62,190 bases of DNA. Origin: Negaprion brevirostris. Its lineage: Eukaryota. Of this stretch, positions 49,840 to 62,190 are shown one piece after another. Location of the stretch: positions 49,039,890-49,102,079 of the forward strand of contig JARDVH010000132.1 in assembly GCA_030324005.1 (NCBI GenBank), given 5' to 3'. Under the pieces are notes generated by a model that saw only the letters and a program-made list of their open reading frames with translations, was not told where the DNA came from and ran no database searches. Numbering within the stretch: position 1 is the stretch's first letter; each line of letters opens with the position of its first letter. The translations under genes and the position numbers were made by a program.

Positions 49840-51170
49840 TGGAATGAGATATGCACTCGCAAGGCCAGCAATTTGTTTCCTATCTCTAATTACCCCCTTG
49901 AACTGCTGAAGTATATCTAGTGTAGTGTACCCAAGGTGCTTTTAGGAAGATAATTACAGTCTTTTGACCCAATGACAGTGAAGAATGGTGGTATATTTCC
50001 CATTCAGAATAGTGATTGGCTTCAAGGAGAACTTGTCGGTGGGAATTTGCAAGAGCATCTGTTGCCCTCGCCCTTTTAGGTCACAGAGATCGTGACTTTG
50101 GAAGTTGTTGTTGAAGGAATCTTGGTGAGTTGCTGGAGTGCATCTTACATATGCTGCCCCTGGTGCATTGATGATGGAAGGAGTGAATGTTTAAGATGGG
50201 ATGCTGATCAAGCTTTATCCCAGGTGACAAACGTTTTGCGTGTTCTTAGAGCTGCACTCATTTAGTCAAGTGGAGAGTTTTCTATTTGACTTGTGATTTG
50301 TAGAAGGTGGACAGGAGTTGCATTATCAACACAAGAGTTCCCATCCTTTGACCAGCTATTGGTCACACAGGCTTTAAGGCTGGTCCAGTTCAGTTTCTAG
50401 TCTATGATAACATAAATGGGGGATTCAATGGGGGACTCCCTTGGAATGTCAAGGGAGATGGTTAGATTCTCGCCTGTTGGAGATGAGCATTACCTGGCAC
50501 TTATGTAATGCAAATATTACTTGCCGATTATCAGCCCAGGACTGAATGTCCAGGACTTGCTGCACATGAAAATGGACTTCTTCTTTACCTGAAGAGTTGC
50601 AAATGGTACAGAACACTGCAATCATAAGCAAAAATCCCCGCTGCCAACTTTATGCTGGAAGGGAAGCCATTGATGAAACAGCTGAAGATCATTGGGCCTA
50701 GGACACAACCCTGAGGAGCTCCTGCAGCAATGTCCTGGAACTGAGATGATCGGCCTCCAACAACTATAACCATCTTCCTTTGTGATGAGTGTGACTCTGA
50801 CCAGTGGAGAGTTTTCCTGCTTATTCACTTCAACTTCATTTTTGCTAGAGCTCCTTGATGCCACAGTTTGGTCAAATGCTGCCTTGATATCACTTTAATC
50901 TCACCTCTTGAATTCAGGTCTTTTGTCCATATTTGAACCATGGTGTAAGGTCAGGAGCTGGGAGCCCCAGGCGGAACCCAGATGGAACATCTGTGAGCAG
51001 GTTATTGCTGTGTAATTGCCGCTTAATAGCACTGTCGATGACTCTTTCCATCACATTGCTGGTAATTGAATGCAGACTAATGGGGGCCTTAATCGGCCAG
51101 AATGGATTTGTTGTGCTCTGTGGACAGAACATAGCTGGTCAATTTTTCACATTGTCAGTTAGATGCCAGC
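49840..51170 (-). mobile_element. Decayed non-LTR retrotransposon (CR1/L2 group, second family)
   Basis: PISLHSITSNVMERVIDSAIK, GAPQGCVLGPMIFSCFIN, QQVLDIQSWADNRQV. The 3' tail resembles that of the second SINE family. Confidence 0.8.
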
Positions 51171-51175
51171 TTATA

Positions 51176-51511
51176 ATAGAATCATTGAATCCCTACACTG
51201 CAGAAGGAGGGCACTTGGCTCATCGAGTCTGCACCAGCTGTCTGCAGAGCATTTTACCCAGGTCCACCCTACTGTCCTATCCCCGTAATCCCATGCATTT
51301 ACCCAGCTAATCTCCCTAACCTACAAATTGATCAACACTAAGGGTAATTTAGCATGCCCAATCCATCTGACCTGCAAATTTCTGAACTGTGGGTGGAAAC
51401 TAGAGCACCCAGAGGGAACCCACGCAAATTCCACACAGTCACCAATCCACAAAGGATTGAGTCAGTGACTCCCGGTTTAGCTACCTCCCACTGTATGCAT
51501 TGTGCTGCCGC
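51176..51511 (-). mobile_element. HE1-type SINE inserted in the preceding LINE
   Basis: Reverse tail tagaatcattgaatccctacactgcagaaggagg and V-type body. Confidence 0.7.
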
Positions 51512-51619
51512 CTGTGAGGATCAGCTGGGCATGGTGTGACATTGTCGTTTCTAGTGCCCAGGCCAGTGCTAGGCGGTTAGTCCAGTTTTATTAATTTTTT
51601 ACTTCTTCGTAGCAGTTTG

Positions 51620-51780
51620 AATACAACTGAGCTGCTTGCTAGATCATTTGAAATGGTAGTTAAGAGTCAATCACATAGCTGTGGGCCTCGAGTTACATGT
51701 CGGCTAGACCAGGTGAGGATGACAGATTTTCTTCCCTAAAAGACATTAGTGAACCAGATTGGATTTTATGATAATCCGGT
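51620..51780 (-). mobile_element. SINE fragment, second family
   Basis: cttccctaaaagacattagtgaaccagat is the reverse complement of the family core. Confidence 0.65.
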
Positions 51781-51994
51781 ATTTCAGCCTTAAAGGAAAT
51801 CTTTTTGTGCATTGAGTTGTTGGAGCCTGGAAATGCTTTGCCTCAGGGAGTTGAGGCCCAGATCATTGCATTTTCTAAAGGAACAGGCACAAGGATGAGT
51901 GCACAAATATTCCCTTTCAGTGGTTTAAACTCCAATCATACTAAAGTTTACAGTACAAATCAGTGATAATTTCGGACTTACTCCTCTCTTCTGA

Positions 51995-52630
51995 TGCCCA
52001 TTGATATGGTGGGTAAAGAAGTTTGTGGGTCTTGTCTATGTGGACTTCCAGAAAGAATCTGCATAAAAGGTTATTATAAAAAGAGTGCATGGAATTGGAA
52101 GTAACTTTGCAACACAAGTTGCTAATTAAACAGTGCAGAGAGATAAGTCTATTGTTCTCAAGTGGTTTGCAACTGGTTATGTTCCTCTGGGATTAAGAAC
52201 AGTATTTCAGCTTTTTATCATATATATTGATGACTTGGATGAAGAAATAGTGTCGCATATCCAAGTTTGAAGATGACACTAAGTTAGATCCAATGAAGAT
52301 ACTTAATATAGTACATTATAGGGAAAATAGAAACAATTTCCTTTGTGAGGGAATCGAGAAAGTGAGGGACTAATCTTTAAATTAGAGGTAGGACAGTTAA
52401 AGTATGAAGTCAGGGAGTACATTTTCCAACAATGGGTAGTAGATTCCCATCGATCATCAAAAGGCTGAGGATCCTGGATCAATTATGTTCAAGTATGAGA
52501 TCAATATATTTTTGTGAGATTAGAACATTAAAGAATATGTAACAAAGTGGATAAATAGATTTGAGGTACTAGATCAAGCAACACCCTAATTGAGTGGCAG
52601 AGCAGATTCAGGCTGATGGCCTACCTGTTG
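51995..52630 (+). mobile_element. Old, internally deleted CR1 fragment
   Basis: VYVDFQK, IYIDDLDE, SKFEDDTK remnants and a decayed 3' UTR. Confidence 0.65.
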
Positions 52631-53399
52631 TCCTCAGAAAGCATTTTGGTTCTCAGTTTTAAAGGTTTATCCCTGAGGATTCACTAGTGTGAAGTTTCTG
52701 TTCTGTTCAGAAACTGTTGAACTTTGGTCAGTTTAGTGTTTTGAGTTAGGGACAACTGCTTTCTAATTAAATTGAACTTTAATACTTCGAATGCAAAACT
52801 TTTATGCTGCCCTTGTTGAATTTAGAACCAATACCATACACAGACCATAATATACAGTCAGATAAAAATATTGACCTGGATTTTGTCATCAGTGACAAAG
52901 CAATGGGACTCACCTCTGACAATGGCTCACTTCTGACAAATCTGCCCCACAAAGATCTAGTGATTTATGTGGCATGGTTTTAACATTTCCTGACTTTAAT
53001 TTGAATCTAATGCCAGGTCAGGGGATCTCCAGATTCAGTGATGTAATTAAGCAGAATAAGCAACCAAACACATTGAAAAATTTTCACAGACTGCAAACTG
53101 CAAAGTTAAAAGTGATAATTATCCTGTACTGTATAATTATCATTTTACAGAGAATAAATAAGTATTGGAATAATATAGAAGCTGAAATATCATTTAAAAA
53201 ACTTAAATTCCACAGATTTTTAAAAAAATTATAATGGAGAAATTTGGCATTCCCCCAATATATAATTAGTTTTTCAGATTTACAATGGTTGTTCAGTGGC
53301 AGTTATGAGCTTGGTACGTCAGTAAAAACCCAGTCAAACTTCATTCAAGATATAACTTGTTTGAGAGTTTTTGCCGCAACATCAATGGCGTCAAATGTC

Positions 53400-54392
53400 C
53401 AAACATATGAATTAGGTGCAGGAGTTGATCATTTGGCTCCTCAAGCCCACTCTGCCATTCAATACGATCATGGCTGATCTGAGTGTAAACTCACCCTTAG
53501 ATTCCTGCCTAACCCTGATAACCTTTCACCCCATTGTTAATCAAGGACCTATACAGCGCTGCCTTAAAAATATTCAAAGACTTTGCCTCTGCCTTTAAAG
53601 GAAGGAGTTCCAAACACACTCAACTCTCAGAGAGAAAAACTCTCCTCATCTCCATCTTATATGAGTGAGCCCTTATTTTTAAACATTGAACCGTAGTTCT
53701 AGGTTTTCCAGCAAGAGGAAACATCCTATTACATCCACCCTGTCAATACCCTTCAGGATCTTCAAGGTTTTGATCAAATTGTCTCTGATGTTTCTAAACT
53801 CTACTGGATGAAAACCTAACATTTGGAACGTTCCACAAAAGACATTCCTGGTATTAGCCTTGTAAACCTTCTCTGAACTGCTTCTAACACCTTTATATCT
53901 TTCCTTAAATAAGAGTACCAGTATTGTACAAAATACTCCAACTGTGGCCTCAGCAATGCCCTGCACAACTGAAGCATTACTTCCCTGCTTTTGTAATCAA
54001 TTCTCCTCACAATTAACAATAACGTTCTATTAGCTTTTCTAATTACTTGCTGTACCTGTACGTTAGCCATTTGTGATTCATGCACGAGGACGCGCAGATC
54101 CCTCTGTACCTCAGTTCTGCAATCTCTCATTATTTAGATAATAAGCTTTTTAATTCTTCTTGCCAAAGTGGACATTTTACATTTGCCCATATTATACTTC
54201 ATTTACAAGGTGTTTGCCCACTCATTTAGCCTATCTATGACTCTTTTAGCCACCTTGCATTCTGTTCACAATTTACTTCCCTTCCCATCTTTGTGTCATC
54301 AACAAATTTAGCAATGATACCTTCAGTCCCTTCATCCAAGTCATTTATATAAATTATAAAAATTTGAGGCCCCAGCACTGATCCCTGTGGAC
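53400..54392 (-). mobile_element. CR1 LINE 3' portion
   Basis: EVQRDLRVLVHES..VMLQLCRALLRPQLEYFVQYW..EAVQRRFTRLIPG. Confidence 0.88.
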
Positions 54393-55090
54393 ATTCTTGT
54401 CAATTCAATGATTTCTTATTGCTTTCAGTCTGCAGAAACTTCAACAACACAAGATATGAAGAAGTATAGAATCACTGACAGTAACTTTCTATTACTGTGT
54501 TTAGCTGTGCATATGTGAACTCCAGAAGTTGCTGTCAGTATCAGATGAGTAATGACAGCAAACACTGACAGTTTCACCATCATTGCGACTGCAAAATCTA
54601 ATACGTTATTTTTCAGTTTTAGTGTAATGTAGCAAGAGATAAATTTAGTCCACCTTGAGGAGAAAATATTTTTTATAAACCTGAGGTTCAGTTAAAGAAA
54701 CATAATTTTATAAGAACCTATTTGGTCAGCATTTTCTGTGAAATGTAGAGTAAAAGGACCTTGGAGTGCATGTCCACAGATCCCTAAAGGTAGCAAGACC
54801 ACGGGATACTTTCATTGCTGAGGAAAGAAATGTAAGAACAGGGAGATTATATTAAAACTGTACAAAAATTAGCTAGGCCGCATCTAGAGTAATAAATGCT
54901 GTTCTGGTCACTGCCTTGCAGAATCTGATGACACTAGGCAGAGCAGTGGAAATTTATGAGAATATTGCCAGAACTGGAGCAGTTTAGTTATCAGGGAAAT
55001 TTGATAAACGTGAGTTGTTTTCTTTGAAACAAAGGAGGTTGAGAGAGACTTAATTGAATTGTATAAAATTAAGATGACCTCAGGAGAATG

Positions 55091-55640
55091 ACGTGGTGGC
55101 ACATTGGTTAGCACTGCTGCCTCATAGCGCCAGGGATCTCAGTTTGATTCCCGGCTTGGGTCACTGGCAGTGTGGAGTCTGAATGTTCTCCCTCTTTCTG
55201 CTCGGGTTTCCTCCAGGTGCTCCAGTTTAAAGTTAAAAGTTTATTTTCTTAGTACCACAGATAGGCTTAATTTAACACTGCAATGGAGTTACTGTGAAAA
55301 TCCCCTGGTTGCCACACTGCGGCACCTGTTCGGATACACTCTGAGAATTTGGCATGGCCAATGCACATAACCAGCACATCTTTCAGACTGGGAGGAAATC
55401 AGAGCACCTGAGGAAACCCATGCAGACACAGGGAGAACATGTAGACTCTCCCCAAACCATGATCCAAGGCAGGAATCAAACCCAGGCACCAGTCCTCCCA
55501 CAATCCAAAAGACTGTTAGTTAGTGCATTGGCCATGCTAAGTTCTCCCTCCATGTAACCGAACAAGTGCCGAGTGTGGCAACTAGATTTTTGCAGTAACT
55601 TCATTGTACGTGTTAATGTAAGTTTACTTGTGATACAGTT
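55091..55640 (+). mobile_element. SINE with the alternative tail, interrupted by an inverted copy of the same family
   Basis: Head at 55091-55228; resumes at about 55493 (cctcccacaatccaaaagac) through the tail aacttcattgtacgtgttaatgtaag. Confidence 0.8.
55226..55490 (-). mobile_element. 5'-truncated SINE, same family, inverted
   Basis: Reverse tail tttaaagttaaaagtttatt..taacactgcaatggagttactgtgaaaatcccc; reverse B box ggaatcaaacc. Confidence 0.8.
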
Positions 55641-55864
55641 TCAACTTAAGTAAGAACTTATTTCCCTCAGCGGGGAGTGAATAACCAAGGGCACAGCTTT
55701 AAAATACTTTTGAAAAGGTTAGAGAGGAGTTGAAAATTTTCTTTCACCCAGAAGGTGATGGAGGTTTGGAACTGTCTGTCTGGACCGTTAGTAGAAGAAA
55801 CTTATAATTGCATTTAATAAGTGCCTAGATGTACATTTGAAGTGTTGAAAGTAACCTACAAGGC

Positions 55865-56131
55865 TTCCACCTTCTTCCATAGGGAAAAAGATACAGAAGA
55901 CTGAGGTCACATACCAACCGACTCAAGAACAGCTTCTTCCCTCCTGCTATCAGGCTTTTGAATGACCTGCCTTATATTAAGTTCTCTGCACCTGTATGAC
56001 TGTAAAACTACAATCTGCACTCTCTCCTTCCCTTCTCTATGAACAGTATGCTTTGTCCGCAAAGCGCAAAGAACAATACTTCGCATTGTATACCAATACA
56101 TGTGACAATAATAAATCAAATCAAATCAAAT
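55865..56131 (+). mobile_element. Rex1/Babar LINE 3' end
   Basis: FHLLP*GKRYRRLRSHTNRLKNSFFPPAIRLLN followed by a 3' UTR and an aataaa(tcaaa)n tail. Confidence 0.8.
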
Positions 56132-56167
56132 TAACCAAGAGCTGGAAAGTGTGATTTGGCTGGGTAG

Positions 56168-56900
56168 AAAAACAAAGCACTATGAGTGCTGGAAATCTGA
56201 AGTTTTTCACTCAGAGGGTGGTGAGTGAATGGAATCGGCTGCCATCAGTGCTGGTGGAGGCGAACTCGCTGGGGTCTTTTAAAAGACTTCTGGATGAGTA
56301 TANNNNNNNNNNNNNNNNNNNNNNNNNNNNNNNNNNNNNNNNNNNNNNNNNNNNNNNNNNNNNNNNNNNNNNNNNNNNNNNNNNNNNNNNNNNNNNNNNN
56401 NNATGAGTATATGGGGTTTAATGGGATTGGGGGTTATAGATAGGTCTATAGATTGGTAGGTGTTGATGTGATCTGCGCAGCTCGTGGGCCGAAGGGCCTG
56501 TTTGTGCTGTAGTGTTCTATGTTCTGTGTTCTATGAAATAAAAACAAAAGCATGTGGGAAAAACCCAGTAGATCATCTGTGAAAAGTAACAGAGTTAATA
56601 TTTCAGATCAATGATTTCATCAGAATTGGAGAAAGAAGAAATGTAAGACTTTTTAAGTAGTGGAAAGGGTGGGGGACAGGAAGAACAGCATTGTGAAAGC
56701 ATGGAGCACAGGGGAGTTTAAGTAATAAATTTCATTTGCTGCATCATGAAATCCTTATTTAATCTCCCCTGGCCTCCACCTTATCGTGGACCTTCTCCTT
56801 TGTTCTTCATGCTGCCCCCCTCTTCCACTGACTTAAAAACTTATATGTTCCAATCTTCCTTCAGTTCTGATGAAAAGTCATTGACCTGAAACATTAGGCT
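56168..56900. mobile_element. Palindromic Penelope-like element with inverted hammerhead motifs; CR1 3' end inserted at about 56203-56534
   Basis: + strand ctgatgaaaagtcattgacctgaaacatta (56867-56896). The - strand reads ctgatgaaatcattgatctgaaatattaa at about 56596-56624. Confidence 0.6.
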
Positions 56901-57259
56901 GTATCGCTATTTTTTAGCCAGCACCTACACAGTGGACAGAATGTCTCCCTTCTGTACCATAAATTTCATGATTCTGTTTGTGAAGGAGGTTAAATTTAAG
57001 CTCCAGTCCCTTCAGAGGTGTATTTTCTTTATCTGCAGGAACCAAATAGCCTCTTTTTTTTAACCATACTGACTGTGACACACAGAGTCAAAATGATGAT
57101 GATACGCTTGTGTTTTAGCATGATTCATTTTTGGCTGCTATTCATTAAAAAAATACATTTGCTTTACTTTTTTTGTGAAAACGTGAGAGCTTGTGCAGTG
57201 GGACCTTTTAGGTGTCATTATTTAAATCATTAGTTGTACGAATCCTTTGCAATATGAAT

Positions 57260-57782
57260 ATAAGAACTAAGAACAGGAGTAGGCTATTTGGCCCTTCGAC
57301 CCTGCTCCGCCATTCAATAAGATCATGGTTGACCTTTTTGTGAACTCGGCTGCACTTTCCCGCCAGTTCACAATAACCCTTAATCCCTTTACTGTTCAAA
57401 AATCTATCTAGCTTTGCCTAAAAACATTCAATGAGGTAGCCTCAGCTGCTTCACTGGACAGGGAATTCCACAGATTCACAACCCTTCGGGTAAAGAAGTT
57501 CTTTCTCAACTCTGTGCTAAATCTATTTCCACTTATTTTGAGGCTATGCCCCCTAATTCTGGTTTCATCTGTCACTGGAAACAACTTCCCTGCTTCTATC
57601 TTATCTGTTCTCTTCATAAGCTTTTTTGTTTCTATAAGATCCCCCCTCATTCTTCTAAATTCCGATGAGTATAGTCCCAGTCTACTCAGTTTCTCTTCAT
57701 GACCAACCCTCTCAACTCGGAAATCAACCTAGTGAATCTCCTCTGCACCCCCTCCAGCATCAGGATTTCTTTTCTCAAGTAA
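57260..57782 (-). mobile_element. CR1 LINE 3' portion
   Basis: RMRGDLIET..TRIRGHSLKI..ELRKNFFTRRVVNLWNSL. Confidence 0.88.
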
Positions 57783-60618
57783 CACATATCCTTTCTAGTT
57801 AATTTGTGCTTCTGTAATTTTTAAACATTCTTAAATGATCCATTGAACTTCAGAGTAGATTGTGGATTACTTGGTCCATATTCAGTGTTTGAATGTGCAT
57901 ACTTTATTATTCTTCCTTTGTGGGATCAGCATCCATTGCCCATTCTCTTTGGGAAGCGTAATGTATTAAATGCCATCAGGAAGGGAGGTCTGGGATTTTA
58001 ACTCAGTAACAATGATGGACCAGTGCTATATTCTCTTATAATCCAGGTCAGAAACTCCAAGGAATTTTATGAAGTCAGCCTAGACCATAAGTTTTGCAAT
58101 TTGAATTTGGCTAGGGTAAGCATGAAATGTTTCGCTTCAGGAATAATGTCCAAAGATTACCCCAGAGGTAGTCTCCCAAAATATTTGGGGTAAGGCGACA
58201 ACTGGGGTAGAAGGGGCAAGAGAGGAAGACCAGAATGCCTCAGAGGGAAGGAAGGGGGCTGGAGGTGAGATAGTGGTGGGGGACGGGAGGGTTAAAGGAA
58301 TTGATNNNNNNNNNNNNNNNNNNNNNNNNNNNNNNNNNNNNNNNNNNNNNNNNNNNNNNNNNNNNNNNNNNNNNNNNNNNNNNNNNNNNNNNNNNNNNNN
58401 NNNNNGATAAGGGTGGAGGGGGGACTGGTAATGTTAAAATGGCAGAGTGGGCTCGTGAGGGCGAAGGGCCTGTTTCCTGGGCTGTTTTTGTTCTTTTTTT
58501 TTGTAGGTATGATTCAAATGACCCATTGGGGAGTTTTTATCAAACAAAGTTTATTTAAAAATACAGTTAATACATAGAAAAAAAATTAGCAATAACCTTT
58601 ACCAATTACAAACAAGAAAAAAAATGATTGTATAAATCTTAATAGTTAAATACTATTCCAACCAAACAAATTTGATAAACAAACACCTTTTTTGGACACT
58701 CCAGCGAGGCAAGAAGACCTGCTTCCATGTAGTCAGCAGAATTTATAATATCAGGGAGAGGAATACAAACACTGTTGTCAGTCTGTCTTCCACACAGCTT
58801 CTTACAACCAAAACTGAAAGTGAAAACTCTTGGGAGAAGGGAAAAAAGATCCTACGTGACCTGTCAATCAATTTTCCTATAACAATTCAAATAGGGCTGT
58901 AAAGTCCCAGAGAGGGCATTAGACCCAAATTAAAAGTAAACAAAGCCCAATTTAAACCATTGAAGCAGCAATAAAAGGACATCTAAGCAGACATGTTGGC
59001 AACAATGAAAAAGAAAAGCTGCTTACAAACTGCAGAGAACGTAATTAAAAGAAAAATCTTAAAGGCACAGTACTATCACAATTCCCAAACCAGGATTAGG
59101 AGTGGCTTGGAGAGGAACTTTTAGGTGGTAATGTTCCCTTGTGTCTGCTGCCCTTGTCCAAGATGGAAGTGGTTGTGGGTTTGGAGGGTGCTGTCTAAGG
59201 AGCCTTGCTGAGTTCGCACTTTATAGATTCTGATTCCATTTGAAATAATGCAATGAAAATCTTTCAGGTTCCACAAAAGGAGCTTCACCAGGCGGTGAAG
59301 ATGAAGGAATCGACAGTGGGATATTTTTCATCAGTTTCCTCATACAGATAATATTTTAAATAAAACTGAATATTTACCTTCTGGTCACTACAGTAATGCA
59401 TTGAATTTTAAATTAATGGATTGATTAAAAAGCTATATTAACTTAAGTATTGGTTACTATTGACTTCTAGGTTAGTTCAAATAAAATAATTAGTAAAAAT
59501 ATTTTTTCTCTCATGCCTTCAAGTGTGAGAATTACTCTGATTATTCACAGAAAACCTTATCTGCAATGAAATGCATCAGCTGGTTCAAGGTTTTCATCAT
59601 TTACTCAATAAACCATTAATATAGTGGCATTGCCCAGGCATTTTTATAACAACAAATTTGTGGTAATTCTAATCAGCCACAGCAGCTGGTATTAAGCAGC
59701 AGATGTTGGAGAGTCTACACAAATATCCTGATTTGACGCCATGAAGAGTTCATTTTTTGTGAATTTTCCTTAGCTCTTCCTCTCATTTTGTCAAATCTCC
59801 AATAATCACTTCACACAGGCCAACAAAAACTGCATCTCAAAACTCTAAATATGGCAATTTACATGTTTTAAGTTCCGTATAGAGCCTAGGCAGCAAAGTA
59901 AGCCAAATTTGTAGTCATTTAATGTTTGTGACTTAGTAAAGGTACTTCTGTAAGCAAAATAAGCGTGCAATATATTTCAGTCATGATCCTAAAAATAATT
60001 GAAAAAATCAGAACAGCTTTAATTAGGCCTGTCATTACATTGCATCAACATGTAAGGAACCACTTGATAGTTCAACATCTTCAGCTTTAAAGAATGATAT
60101 GAAATTGAATAAGCTGAAGTGAAGCACATCAGAATAGTCTACACACAATTCTGTCAATAAAATAAAGCAAAACCTTTTTTTAGGAGACTTCCACTTATTC
60201 TCTATTAATTACGAAGAATTACATTTTACTTACAAAGCACTTTCTTTTATTTGTAGCGTCTTGTACAAAACATATCGAGTAGGTGAAGGTGGTCTGTTTA
60301 GGTTTGTTTAGCATATTTGACAAAAGGCACTTTGATGTATTACCAAGCATGGTGGTGTGTTTGGCCTGACTAGAAGTAGCTTTTGCTGCTTTGATTAATG
60401 GCATTTGTTTCAATGAAAAGCGTGTTTTTATATTATACTTCTGGAACTGGAAGGCAGAAGTAACTCAGCAGTATCCATAATTGCTAATTTTAGTCTTGGA
60501 GAAGAAAATGCAGTGCTGAAGTTATTTGTAACATTGGTGTGATGGCAAAACATCTTTTTTGTCACAAGTGATACCTTTTTAGAAAAAATTATGGGTTGCA
60601 GCTGTGATTTATGAGACG

Positions 60619-61658
60619 TCATTAAGCAGCAGACATTGTTGTGGACTAGTGTTTAATTTTCCTGATTAATAATGCTGCATTGGCAGGTTACCAGACAATT
60701 CAGATTCAGATTTTGAGGCAGGTGTAATAAGGTATGATATAATGTGGTGAGCCTGTAGCTGTTGTTGCTTCAGATATAGAGACTAGTCTCCACAGAGCTT
60801 TGATAAATAAACTGAGGGGTTTACTAAAATGGATACAGATGAAACAATTAGGAGATAAGCTCTGACCTACTTCAGCTCAACTGTGTAATATTAATACCAT
60901 AGTGAAAATCTGTGCATTCTAAAATGGTGCATTTGAAACTCATAAATGCAGTATCAAAATTCTCACATTTACAGGAAGCAGTCTATTTGTTTGGTATGTG
61001 TTTGATTTAAAACATTCTATTTAGCAGACATGCCATTTTTTAAAAAGTACACCTGTTGGGAAACTTGATAGCTAAAGCTTTTGATCACTTCAGAATGGTC
61101 GGTCACTTGGACTCAATCGAACAAGTTTTATTGGCTGGGGTTGTGGACAAAACAAGTGAGAGAATATTCAAAAATTATGCCATCTCCCAGTCATGCCACC
61201 TAGTTGTTCCTTCAATGACTCTGAGATGGTTCCCTATAACACTGTACTTTTAAACCTATCCCACGCTTTATGGCCTCTGTCCTAAATTTCCTACTGATTC
61301 ATTTCTACCTTTAGTCCTAATGTCCGTTTTAACTTGAAGTAACCTATCAGATTTACTTGAGCGTTAGCACTTATTTTGTTCTGTTTGAGCTTTACTGTTA
61401 AGTTTCCTCTTTTCATGAATTAAGCTGGACAAGTGTCTTTTTTCATCCACCTGTACCTCAGACCAAACCTGAGAACAAGTACCTGTTCTTGTCAGCTTGG
61501 ATCTAGTATAACTCTCTTTCGGGGAGAATGAATTTGATATAATTTGAATTAGTTTTTTGGAGCTAGCAAGGAGCTGAATTGTCTGGTAACCTGCCAATGC
61601 ATCATTATTAATCAAGAAAATTAAACACGCGTCCTCAACAATGTTTGCCGCCTAATGA
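60619..61658. repeat. 85-bp inverted repeat with an 870-bp spacer
   Basis: Arm 60619-60703 against the reverse complement of 61574-61658: 77 of 85 identical, ungapped, counted by eye. Confidence 0.9.
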
Positions 61659-61899
61659 AGGACTCGCCCTGTCCACTCTGAGCTTTGGGTTCATAAGTCT
61701 GAGAACAGAATACGTTTTTTTTAAAAATCATGGGTTTGTTGCAGTCACTCTCACATTGTAGACTGTATGAGGCCTGAACAGTGGGTGAAAAATGGTGGTA
61801 CAAATAATAAATTCCTAAAGATAGAATAAAATGCAAACTTAATGACAATCAGGCACAAAAAGATTAAAATTGTGATTATTATTAACTTCAAATAAAGTT

Positions 61900-62076
61900 T
61901 GACAATCTCAGCGTGTCTGGCAGCATCTGTGGAGAGAGAAAACCCCAAAGAAGAATCATGCAGACTAGAAGCTTTAACTCTGTTTCCTCTCCATATATAC
62001 TGCCAGTCCTCTTCAGTTTTTTCCAGCATTTTCTGCTATTTCAGATTTGCAGAATCCACAGTATCTCGCTTTTATT
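61900..62076. mobile_element. Palindromic Penelope-derived repeat
   Basis: ctggcagcatctgtggagagagaaa with the inverted tttcctctccatatatactgccag; tail ccagcattttctg..tttcagattt. Confidence 0.6.
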
Positions 62077-62190
62077 CAATTAAAGTTTGTCTTATTAACA
62101 GTATTTTAGTGAAATATTTGCAGATTGTTGATCTTTGTTCAGTATGGAGGTATTAAGCATGATATATATTCTATATTCTGTGTATATTTA

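Larger units (their letters stand above)
54750..56165 (+). mobile_element. Old CR1 3' portion hosting nested SINEs and a Rex1 end
   Basis: DLGVHVHRSLK, ARPHLE and RLRETLI-like remnants before 55080; resumes at about 55650 (FTQKVMEVWNCL) and again at about 56133. Confidence 0.75.

Noticed and set aside
56291-56412. Direct repeat atgagtata on both sides of a gap
   Set aside because: Probably overlapping contig ends from scaffolding rather than a real duplication.
58120-59080. Possible solo LTR interrupted by a CR1
   Set aside because: Single copy in the window, and I could not define the boundaries or a TSD, so it is too weak to list.

Overview
AT-rich vertebrate genomic scaffold with N gaps, most likely from a shark, judged from HE1/V-type SINEs and dense CR1 LINEs. 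It carries nine consecutive internal coding exons of TBC1D5 (a Rab GAP) on the + strand, 23664-40698. They splice into one open frame from KEWEDLF to LEIAPQIYG with intact IxxDxxR and YxQ catalytic motifs; one intron has a GC donor and two are only 84-89 nt. The rest is intronic and holds a fossil record of transposons: CR1, a decayed L1-clade element, Rex1, L2, Penelope-like elements with minimal hammerhead motifs, PIF/Harbinger and pogo DNA transposons, and SINEs, several nested. The main unexplained signals are an 85-bp ungapped inverted repeat in otherwise unique sequence (60619-61658), palindromic hammerhead-bearing elements, and an inverted self-templated insertion within the L1. I found no intact novel multi-gene system. 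All family assignments are by eye, and repeat boundaries are approximate.
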